A stretch of DNA of 63,978 nt, the filler included, from Choristocarpus tenellus KU-1152 (taxonomy: Eukaryota > Protista > Phaeophyceae), in assembly GCA_964200185.2 (NCBI GenBank). It is 13 parts of 13 records of this genome, joined end to end, with 100 filler letters (N's around TTAATTAATTAA, not from the genome) between each part and the next. Parts side by side here need not be neighbours in the genome. Positions count along the whole stretch, not along the records: positions 24,330 to 28,167 come from CAXNAD020017644.1; positions 28,268 to 31,553 come from CAXNAD020021035.1; positions 31,654 to 34,348 come from CAXNAD020025582.1; positions 34,449 to 44,200 come from CAXNAD020003430.1; 9 more parts are not named here. One strand, given 5' to 3'. Positions 25,882-36,250 of this stretch are shown in pieces. Made by a program: the position numbers and the translations under genes. The notes below the pieces were generated by a model. The model worked only from the letters and a program-made list of their open reading frames with translations, searched no databases and had not been told where the DNA came from. Within the stretch, counting starts at the first letter, position 1. Each line of letters starts with the position of its first letter.

Positions 25882-27364
25882 ATTAGTAATGTTGAAATAT
25901 TCCACACTAGACTTGCAGTTAAGATGATCAATCGTGTGCCTAGGTAGAGGACAATGTGTGGCTTGGTGTGAATATATAATATTAGTATTACAACAGGCTT
26001 GTGATCTCATTTCCATTGACTGAACTCATGGGGCTCACAACTATTGGCTCTCAATCATGGAGGGTTTGCACTAACTTGCTTTGAATCACTCACTTACTTG
26101 TCTTCAGTATGACAAACACATATCTAAAACATAACTCTATTCACTGGACTCCAATGAGGCCATACATCTGCTATACACACGACTAGCTCTCCATCCTATT
26201 ATCTACTCCACCAGTGGTAATACCTACCAGCTTCACAAATTACGAACAAGTGATGGGGTTAGTGATAGGGCTATGGTTAGAATATTTAGTATTCCCAGGG
26301 GTGGCCCTATTAACCTGGGTGGTGGTAAACCTCCCCCCAAAGTATATCCAAGAGGTAACGTGTGTGTGGTAGATTCCTTTTTGACCACGAACAGGGTTCT
26401 CACTACCCTTCATTGAACTCATTGATCCATTGATTGATTCATTCATTCATTTTCACATTACTTCAAATGAAAAAGTCAAAACAGGACCAAATCGATGCGG
26501 TAACATCTAGACTCCCGTAATAACATACATTCCTATATTATTCTTGCACCATTTCTTAATGTTTTGGGGGGGTTACGGTGGTTCGGGTTTAACGTATATA
26601 TTTCATATATATATGGATATCACTAGTATGGATATGGTCATGGAGTCTGTTATTGACAGATCGTTTGGATCCTGTTTCAACTTTTCCTAATTCGAAAGAT
26701 GTTGAGCTGCAGATATTGTAAAGGAGAAGGAACCAACATACAGTACACTTGAGCCCGTGGTCAGACAGACAGTGCCAAAGAAAATAAAAAAAGATAGGAT
26801 CAATTTGCCAAAAAAGACATATCCGTCGACCAAGTCCACCAAGAGAATAAGTTATTCAGAGAGAAAAGCGCTTAGAATGCAAATCCATCAGTCAAACCTA
26901 GAGAAATATGAAGCAATATATATAAAGAAGCCACAATTCAAGGATCAGTTCCAGGTTCAAGGACCATTAACAAACGAGAGGTACCCCTTTTTGCATTGTA
27001 GCCCAGTTTTTCAATCTTTTGCAACTCGCCCATATTTCTGTGAATGATGTGTTAAGTTTGAGAGGGTTGATTTCTCTATTGTCTGAAACTTCTCGACACA
27101 ATTCGGAAAATATCCCAAGGGTATCCTTCAAATACAATACTGGGTACCTCTCGTTTACTTTAACTCAGGGGCACATATCCATATGCACTCCAGATGGTGT
27201 AAGATCAAACCACTGTCATCCATACCAAGAAGAGTATCTTAGATTGGGCAAAGGAATGCTCCAGTCCCCTCTCTCTTCAATGAATACAAGAACGGCACAA
27301 GCAAAAGAGAAGAAGTACTGCAGTCATTTTCACACGGGGTTGGTAGTCAAGGCTACTTTCATAT

Positions 27365-27717
27365 GATGGGCTGCGGCTGTTTTTACCTAAGTAGTATGCC
27401 AGACATCAACGAAGAATTTAGGTCCAACCTCAACACATCTGTCCAACCTGTCAGAGTCTTCTGCAAGAGAACCCCACTGATCACCTGTGATGTCGAAAGC
27501 TTTGAGATCGTCTTGGAGGCACTGTCATCAATTTTTTTCTCTACCTCGCTTGTCCCACTTTGGTTTCTGAGCGTTGAGTTCTCCAAGCATGAGGTTTTGG
27601 GGCAATTGGTCATCCTCCTTGTGCAACGTGAAACCTACAAATAGCAGCCTCCTTTAGCGAGTACTGGCCTTGATGCACTCACGTCCAATTCTCTCCAGGG
27701 CTTTGTATGTTGAGAGA
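27365..27717 (-). mobile_element. RTE-clade LINE, decayed 3' end of ORF
   Basis: One frame reads LSTYKALERIGRECIKASTR*RRLLFVGF...DDQLPQNLMLGEL...RGREKN**QCLQDDLKAFDI...QW, the typical RTE post-RT C-terminus. Confidence 0.75.
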
Positions 27718-28267
27718 GAATGCGTGGGACGAGTTTGTGGGTTGAGAGGCAAGGTTGTCGACATTAGGGCGTGTCTGTCCAATATGACCCAACCCCCCCT
27801 TATTTTAGGGCAAATTATATATATACTGTACTCTTGTATTTTTATATGGGAAAATGGGGAATCTTATGTATATTGTCTGACTCGCCTTAAAAGGGGCCAC
27901 CAAATGCTATGCACAATTGGGAGGGCATAGACATTTGGAATTCACACATTAATATCTCTCATGGAGGCAACGAATGTGTTGTTTTAAGGTGAGGTACAAG
28001 TTAGAAGGAGAGGGGTGGTAGTTAGGACAGATCGAGCAGTTTTCACTAAAAGTGTTGATAAGTTGTATTCTATCTGTTGGGTTCAAAGTATCTTGGGGGG
28101 GGGGGGGGGGGTTGGGAGGGGGCGACCGTTTCGGTCAAACTACTCTTTTTTTTTTTTACATTTCAAANNNNNNNNNNNNNNNNNNNNNNNNNNNNNNNNN
28201 NNNNNNNNNNNTTAATTAATTAANNNNNNNNNNNNNNNNNNNNNNNNNNNNNNNNNNNNNNNNNNNN

Positions 28268-28531
28268 CTATGGGACCTCTATAATCCAGACACGAGCCCA
28301 CGCCCTACTCACACCTCCCGCCAAGGAAATTCCTTGTCTGGAGAGGATGCATTACGCCATTTTCCCACAGGTACTACCGTCAAGAAGTCACGGAAAGACG
28401 AGAAGGGAAAGGATAAGTGGTACACAGGTACAGATTTTGACTTCAAGTCACCCTACTGGAGGGTACGGTTTAATGATGGGGATTGGGAAGAAATGAACAA
28501 AAGAGAAATGAGTCGTTTCTCCCGAAAATAA
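28268..28531 (+). CDS. C-terminal end of a probable retrotransposon polyprotein with a Tudor-like domain (5'-truncated by a gap)
   Basis: Open from the contig edge: ...HFPTGTTVKKSRKDEKGKDKWYTGTDFDFKSPYWRVRFNDGDWEEMNKREM; lies directly upstream of the PPT and LTR region. Confidence 0.65.
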   Translation, partial: LWDLYNPDTSPRPTHTSRQGNSLSGEDALRHFPTGTTVKKSRKDEKGKDKWYTGTDFDFKSPYWRVRFNDGDWEEMNKREMSRFSRK

Positions 28532-28584
28532 TCCAACAGGTAACCACTACGCATCTAGAAGGCAAGGACTGACCGATTTATAGG

Positions 28585-29880
28585 CTGACGTTGATGTTAT
28601 TGCCTGTTTTATGCACTAGCAGCCGTCAGTATGCTTCGTGCTGGGGGGCATGAGACAGGCAATAATTGGATAATACTTAGCACTCTAGGAAAGCTGTACC
28701 TTAGAGAGTGAATATATCCTCAGAATTAGGCTAGACGCAGACAGATCTCCCCAAGTAGGATAAGGATACATGTTTAGGCCCAGTAGAAGTTTGGCATATT
28801 TTTCTGCTCTTCCTTCTCCCTGCTACAGGATGACTTGAGACGATTAATGACGTCTATTGTCTTCACCAGTAACAATCACTTGTAGTAAACGTTGTTATAT
28901 AGGATACATTCTTCTTTTTTTATTTTTGGATTTTCTTATTTTCTCCATTTTGTTATCCTGCCCAAAAGAACGGGCATATTTAGATTAGGCAGACACAATT
29001 TGAATAAGAGTACATCCTATGACCTTGTGGATGGACTCTTTTAAAAATAATTGTGGAGATGAATCACATTTATGATTAAGGTGATCGGAGCTGGGGTCCC
29101 ATTCATTTCAGGCCATGTCAGAGATGTATACTTTGCAATTTTTGAAGATGTTTTAGAAAGAGCAAGTACATACTCAGACTAGCCGAGATGCAGATTATAT
29201 TCTGTGCCTCTTAGGATAAATTATCCCAAGAAAAACATGCATATGTGTTCATCGATTCCGGACCTAGTTGAAGTTATATATTTTTAACAAAAATACATAA
29301 TATGATTAGCTCAGACATTTATTGATTTTGACTTTGTCTTAAGACTTTTGAGGAAATATTCTCAAGAAGAAACCGGGAGATATGTCAAATCATTGGTTGG
29401 AACTATCTGGAATTTGGAACCGAGGTCCCTGAGTTGGAAACAACTGACAAGTTGGAACTGGAGCCTCTCTTTTGTGTGATGGCTACTAACTCATGCTGCT
29501 ACAGTGTGATCTGAGGTGACAGGTAATATCTATTGTCTTAACCAGTGGCAATCGCCTGTGGTAAGCGTGAACATGTATACCTAGTTCACGCTGGGGGGCA
29601 TGTTACAGGCGAATAGCGCGGGAAGAATTCAGCAATATACTCGCGTGGGGAACGCTATAAGGGGGAACTCCGATTTGTCTAAACGTTGCAGAATAAACTG
29701 TAACTTGGGTAGTTGCAGAGGGTCACGGATGGATGGTCGGAAAGGGTTCTCAGATATGACAGTATTTGTAAACCCAAATAAAACCCAAACGGTAAATGAT
29801 GATTGGAATTCCAAAAAAGGGCTCAAATAGACTCAGTTCTTCTGAACTAAAAAGACCTACATAGCTCACTCTATCTGATA
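28585..29880 (+). mobile_element. LTR retrotransposon 3' region: PPT1 (28643), PPT2 (29593), LTR starting at 29601 (truncated)
   Basis: Homologous to the reverse complement of 11447-12262; has an extra ~600-bp segment and a partial duplication between the PPTs. Confidence 0.75.
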
Positions 29881-30117
29881 CCAAACTTTACATACTTTTC
29901 TTACACTGATTGATTCATTTGAATGTACCCCTGTTCTGCTGAGCTGACGTTCGATAATCTTTGAATTGGGCTTGACTTGTACATCCTGGGAAGGTGAGCA
30001 TTGAGGGGCGCCTGCAACAGCGAATGGTGTCTGTCTTGGTCAGATCTTGAGTTTATGATAAACGTGCTACCTCGACAAGCCTGTTGTATACATCCTCCCC
30101 TACAGACACATTCATGG

Positions 30118-30590
30118 TCAGGAAAGCTCTTTTGATGATCCCTGACAATTTGCCTTGCCTCCACCTCTGTTACCACTGCTCATTTCTTTATTTGGCGGAG
30201 GTGGGAATTTTGATTTCGCCATCCCTTCGAGACGCTTAGCAAGGGGTTGTCCATTCAAGTATGAGCGGCATTCTCGCCACTTGCGATTAAAACCTAAGCA
30301 GAACGCACACTGATTTGAACAGAAGCCGCTCCCAGACCCTAGTTTCCCTGTCTGCGACTCTGCCCTTGTATACAGTGCCATAGCCCCCGAGGTCCTAGTT
30401 GTCTCCCCTGTGACCTCCGTGGTCATATAAGAAGCAGAAGAGATCATGGCATTCTTTAAATGATCATACGTTAGTTCTGGGGATGTTGACAACTGTGCAA
30501 ATACTTGTGGCATGCTGTCCCTGATGCCTATGATCAGAGCTCCTTTCTTGGCGCGATCCTCCTTAGGAGCCTCCAATTGCAAACAACAGC
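30118..30590 (-). pseudogene. Retrotransposon gag fragment (Copia-like) with a degenerate zinc knuckle
   Basis: CAFCLGFNRKWREC fits CX2CX4HX4C with H replaced by R; preceded by a gag-like LTYDHLKNAM...AMALY segment. Confidence 0.6.
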
Positions 30591-30654
30591 TTGAATGAGA
30601 AAATGGACAAAATTATTTAGGCATATTTACCACCAATTTATCTGCGAACCATAA

Positions 30655-30765
30655 TTATATTATTACTATGCCCTCTGACATTTTGGAGACATGTGAGGGA
30701 AAAACCAATGAAAACGTTTCACATGTCAGTATAAACCCGAAAGAACTAGAATATGTCACAACCAT
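30655..30765 (+). repeat. Dispersed repeat D; copies at ~45020-45125, 49468-49530 and 63742-63790
   Basis: Shared tattat..tgccctctgacattttg...ttcacatgtcagtataaac; the flanking 44924-45020 segment recurs at 47232-47325. Confidence 0.6.
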
Positions 30766-31249
30766 AATTAGTGTATGGATTCTTCAGGTGAAGTATAGTG
30801 TGCATCATCTTTGGAATCTTTGTGATGGTTTTGAGGGCGATACTCCTGAAAATGGTAAATGGTACCTATGCAAAAGAGAACTCTTCCAATAGAGTCTTTG
30901 CTTTAAGTTGTATAGATTAATTTATTAGCGGAGTGAGCACAGCCCTTGGTAGTGGGGTGCTCTTCCTTCTATTATTATCTATTGCGCACGTCATCAGACT
31001 CGTCAAAATGTGTCTCTGTCAGTCACACTACGTCAGCCACATATATTGAACAAATTAAGAAATCAATCCATCGAGACTCAAACCTGCGACTCGAAGCACA
31101 CCAAATCAAATCCTTGACCCTTACTCTACTCAGTCAATACTTCTGTTGTATTCCACTGTTCACTAAATATATAGCTCCCTATAGACTGCCTAGCCTATAT
31201 TGCACACTTCCCCATGAGCGTGCAGCAAAGTTGCTGGCAAAAGCTCACC

Positions 31250-31480
31250 CCCGACGCGAAAGCACAGAATGCACAAAATCAGAAATGAAACTCTTGCGTA
31301 AAGACTTGGTTAACACGTTTGCCAATTGCTTGTGCGTTGGAATATACTTAATGCCAAAAGTCCCCTTCTTCCATGACCTGATATTTCCTTCTCCATGGCC
31401 TCCTGCTGCTGATCTGCATTTGGCCCACTCAAGGCCGCTTTGGTTGTAGATGACTTTGCCTGCACCTGTTGTTACTTCTG
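31250..31480 (-). pseudogene. Copia RNase H C-terminal fragment
   Basis: KVIYNQSGLEWAK...KKGTFGIKYIPTHKQLANVLTKSL fits the Copia YxPTxxQLADxLTK motif; purine tract ggggaag follows near 31210. Confidence 0.65.
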
Positions 31481-32645
31481 TTAAAGCATAGGCTACTCAT
31501 TTGTTTCTTGTTGATATGATACACATCTACCAGCTTGTACTGACTGTTGATTGNNNNNNNNNNNNNNNNNNNNNNNNNNNNNNNNNNNNNNNNNNNNTTA
31601 ATTAATTAANNNNNNNNNNNNNNNNNNNNNNNNNNNNNNNNNNNNNNNNNNNNGATAGTAGTACACTTTTCCTTTTTTTTTCGCAAATGGACACCCTGGT
31701 GTAGACAGCCCCCCCCCCCAGATACTTTGGGTCCACATACGCCTTCATGGAGGGTGGAAAGACGCTTTCTTTCCAGAAAGTCACATTACAGTTGATACAA
31801 TACGGTGTGATGCTAGAGGTATTTTGAAGAGCAGGTACAAGAGGCAAACATGACCACTAAGGGCTTGCTTCTAATCGTGATTGGAGTGGTAAAACAGGTT
31901 GTGGGACACCACAACATTTCAACAGAGGGGTACGGGACTCTCTGTGCCCATTGTACACATGGCAGAATAACAGAACCGACTATCCTATAATCAAGGTCGA
32001 AATCCCTCAATCTGCCTATAGCGGACGGCCCATCTCTGGTAATTACGGAACTGGATCGCTTGGTGGAGATGAAGAGGACACCAGACATGAACCCAGCAAC
32101 TGAGTGCTACACATAACTGCCTAACGGCAGAGTACTTTGTTGACATTCCATAGTGAAGGGAAGAAAGCACCCTCCAACTACTGTTTGACCACAGGATGGG
32201 GATCCTTCAGACAAATATGGAAAAAGGGTGATATTACGGAAATTAAAACACTAATACTATTTTCCAGTAAATTAAAGTGGAGTATGAAACAGATACATCA
32301 CACCCACTTTTACGGTAAAATTAGCTCTTAGTCACAAGTTATGATACGTCAAAGTTCATTCTGCAAGTGATCTGGAACACGATAACAGAGAATTGCACTC
32401 ACCCTACTGTAGATAACTCTGGCACAATATAAAGATCTCTTTGTAAGAACACTATCTCGGAAACAAGATTTTTTCTTACCATCATTTTGAACTACTATGT
32501 TCAATCGTCTCTCTTACATATAATTTATGTATCCAAAATGCAGTTGTTCAGAGCATTTCGCACTATTTCTATCTTGGAGTTGTCAGGAAGGAGAAGCAAA
32601 AACAAGGATGGGACCCTTTATACACGTACTCTTGCTTTCGCTTAC

Positions 32646-32928
32646 CAAAGAAATGCGCCAATGAGGTTGGAATCTGACAGGAGAAGACTGTGCTCCTCCA
32701 TTGACTGCTGTGCTAGGATCTCCGGTAACTTGCAGTTGCCTCTACGTGTAGTCATGAAGTACACAAAGGATATCCCCTTTTTTTCCTCTATGAAATTGCG
32801 TATTGCTGGATAAACCTCACGTGGGTACACATGAGTATCGAGGAGTGAGTATTCATGCACCACATCCTCTCCCAGTGCCAGCGACGTACCATTCTTCCAG
32901 CACCATGTCACCCATCTGTTTTCAAAAT
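32646..32928 (-). CDS. Exon of a DUF6492-like / GT-A fold nucleotide-sugar transferase-like protein
   Basis: cacag acceptor, gtaagc donor; phase 1 joins the upstream exon. Reads WKNGTSLALGEDVVHEY...HVYPREVYPAIRNFIEEKKGISF...SDSNLIGAFL. Confidence 0.7.
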
Positions 32929-34216
32929 CTGTGATACGGAACAAGGTCAACAATATTTTGCACTATTTCAATTAGCAATCTCAGTTACAAGTGTTGATAG
33001 AGACAGAAGGGCATTGAGCAAGATGATATGATAATGATAAACACCTTTTTGAGGTAGCACAACTTCAAATGAATGCCCTACGGGATGAAGCCTAGATGTT
33101 TGCTGCTCTTCAAGATAGGTTCACACAGAGTTGGCACGGAATATGATACTATCTCTTCACGAACCATGTTACCAACATGCAGGGGTATAGGTATTCTACT
33201 AGATCATATGGGAATTGAAACAAAGACGCGACAAAGTATTACAATCGGAACACGACCACTTCCGAACATTTTACGGACTGCCCGTTTCCTCGTTCTGAAC
33301 ATTCAAGACAAATAGAATATGACGGTTCCTGCTCAATGCACTTTAGCATACTTGCAGCTGTATCCTTGAGTTTCTGCCTGTTCTGTGGTAATGATTATAG
33401 AGTACAAATTTGACATCATCCATGCAACACAACAAAGTCAATCATAGGTCACACCCCCTTGTGTTACTGTCATTTTGTGGTTAGATCATACTATATATAT
33501 GCAATACTTTTTATTACAAAGCAGTATCAGTTTGTGCTCACTTGCATTTGCACATATTTTCACACACACCTTCTGGGAAAAAAGCAACCTACAAGAGAAC
33601 ATCACGGGTCCTGCACTACATTGAATAAACATGCTGCAGTACACTGCCGTAATAATCTACTGTATTTGAAACGATAGACAGTTGCCTTCCAAACTCTACA
33701 ACAGTCATTGTCACATATCTCAAAACAAGAGACACAAGGTGATACACAGGGCTGAATCTACACCTAAACTGGCACCGTCTCGTTTGTGATCTATTTCTCA
33801 TTGATGTGATGTTGTTGGACCTGAACACCATACGAGCAATGTCTTTTGAGTTTTTCTTACTCGAGTATGGAAATATGGGAAAATGAAATGGAGAAAAATA
33901 CATGATGCCTGCACCATGTTCTGCAGGGACATTTCTTTCTTCACTTTACAGTGTACTAAAACTAGCGCCTCCCATGAATCATGTTACTACTTGCCATTGC
34001 AGCTTAGGCAGTATCAGCATGGGTGAATGGGAGAATGGGATACCATTATCGACTGGAGCTAGGTACTCACTATGGTACATCCTCATCCTGAGATAACCAT
34101 CTTGCTGATAGAATGGGATACCATGGTGGAGTGGAACTAGACTCATGCAGTGGTATCTTCATCTCGACATTACTGTCCTGCTTTGAAAACTGTCAAGGCA
34201 TCAGGCATTATCTCAC

Positions 34217-34348
34217 CTGCATCATGACGGTAACGTCTGAACGGAAGGACAGGCTTGCCAAACTTGAACATGTGATCATAAGTCACGTCCTCTATGATGA
34301 CTGCATCCGAGCTCATATGTACAATGAAGTCTCCTTCGCAATATAAGT
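34217..34348 (-). CDS. Upstream exon of the same DUF6492-like protein (truncated by a gap)
   Basis: LYCEGDFIVHMSSDAVIIEDVTYDHMFKFGKPVLPFRRYRHDA with G|gtgag donor; resembles the ADLY...DFxxHxDSD...GKP pattern. Not in the ORF track. Confidence 0.7.
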
Positions 34349-34464
34349 NNNNNNNNNNNNNNNNNNNNNNNNNNNNNNNNNNNNNNNNNNNNTTAATTAA
34401 TTAANNNNNNNNNNNNNNNNNNNNNNNNNNNNNNNNNNNNNNNNNNNNTGCATTTCCCAATCTA

Positions 34465-35070
34465 CTCCACCGATGGTGTCTATAGTGTATCAGCAGCACT
34501 ATCTACGAACACCACACTCAGTCGGAAACCTTCCCAGGGCGGGAAACAACTGCAAGGAACATCACCTTCGAAACGTAACACTTATTCTGTGCATATAGGG
34601 GCTTTGGGAAGTTACCTTGCACCTATCCCATGCGATCTGGTTGTCTTACTCCTTCAGATGATGGAATACAGTGATTAATGAAATTCCGAAGTCCTCTGCA
34701 ATGGCCGCTGCTGTCCCCCGAGGCATCTGAGTCTTGTGTCCTCTTGCCCCCAGGCATCACACCACCATGCTGTTCTGCATCGGGGTGAGGCTGGACCCTG
34801 GACAGACTTCAGGGTCGAAGAATTGGGACCGACGGGCAATGATGGGATAGGCGAGCCGCTTGAACGGTGGGGTGCCTTCGTCCTATGCATCCCAATAAAA
34901 CTTGCTTGGACAGGTGCATGAAGTCTTTGAACCCCGTCACATGCGATTTGGTCGCCTTTGCAAGGGTGATCCTCCACAGTCATGACAGCCCACCATCTCA
35001 AGCTTTGCAGGCCTCCCAATCTATTCGAGAATTTATGTCTCGTCCATAGGTCGTTCCAGGGCGAGAAAGG
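34465..35070 (-). mobile_element. Second mariner remnant (internally deleted) with the same TIR as 19930-20804
   Basis: TA|ctccaccgatggtgtctat...gaacaccacac TIR at 34465-34517; minus frame QNKCYVSKVMFLAVVSRP. Confidence 0.8.
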
Positions 35071-36250
35071 AACTTACAAAACTTGCTTTGCATTTATTTT
35101 CGAATAGAGGAAGTAGCATATCGGAGGGCGATTGTGCCATTTTCTGTACTTTTTGTAAGTAATAAAACTTGTACCTGGACTTGTCACATTCCCATGGGCT
35201 CATTCATGGTTGTTACTGTAATTAATTCTATCCGAATTGATGACCCCCTCTAGCTAAGGAATTCTAGATGTCAAAAAGCCATCCAGATACTTAAGATATT
35301 TGGAGACATTTTGATGGTCATCATCCCACCTCCATACAAAACCACTTTGACTGATAAATTCCAAAACCTTGCATACTTATGAGCACCTATTGAGACCTAC
35401 ACATCTTGACTTCTGACCATCTCCCTGCGATCTTGAGGTATTAATATACCAAGTCACCAAGGTGTACATTTTACTCAGGGAATCGGGCTAACTTTAAGGT
35501 CCCCCCAAATAATGTTGAAGATGAGGAGAATGTAAAGAAAATTATCAAGAGCAGGAGGAGGATGTGGACGAAGAGGTGGATGGAGACATGGCAGCACGTG
35601 CAGAGATTGAAATAAATGTTGAGCCTGCCTAAGCTAAAAACACTTCAATGCTTCAGTTCTTTAGTAACCTAAACATTAGTTAGCAAGGCCTGGATGCTAA
35701 TAATGGATGCCATAGTGTGTGCAGGGATATATACCGTATAATGCCTGCCATGAGCAGAAAGCACCAAACATCTTATGCTTTCTTTGCTTTGCATGCCTTA
35801 CTTGCCAAACGCTTGAGAAAAATATTTCACTACTACCCTGATAGAAAGTATTGCATTTCTCGAGTCCTGCATCACTCTGAATAGCACTACCACCTATCCC
35901 CACACAACCGTCTTAACCTATGCCCTCTGCCAGTATATGCTTCCTCACGTAATACCAAAATATGTTTCTTTTTTTTCTACCAGAGCGTAATATCCACCCT
36001 GTTCCAACGAATCTCAGCTAGCCTTAGATTGCTTCATACCAACTACTACTTTTCTACATTCGATTTCCCGCCCCTGCCATCAGTTATCCCTTCCCTCAAC
36101 TTTCACCTCATATATATATATATTGGGATTTGAGCAGGAATTGCAAGAATTGTGACCAAGTTCCTATTGTTCCTAGTAGTTTCTTCTATACTACTACTCT
36201 AATAATAAGGTATGCTCTTGGTTCACAATACTCAAGTGTTCCTGGGGAGA

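Noticed and set aside
31055-31135. tRNA-like B-box on the minus strand (similar at ~15645-15700 and ~62490-62540)
   Set aside because: No cloverleaf or clear A-box; at most decayed SINE heads, not tRNA genes.
31813-32054. Possible next exon of the DUF6492-like gene
   Set aside because: Phase-compatible, but it gives Cys instead of the expected aromatic residue after GAFL and has no recognisable motif.
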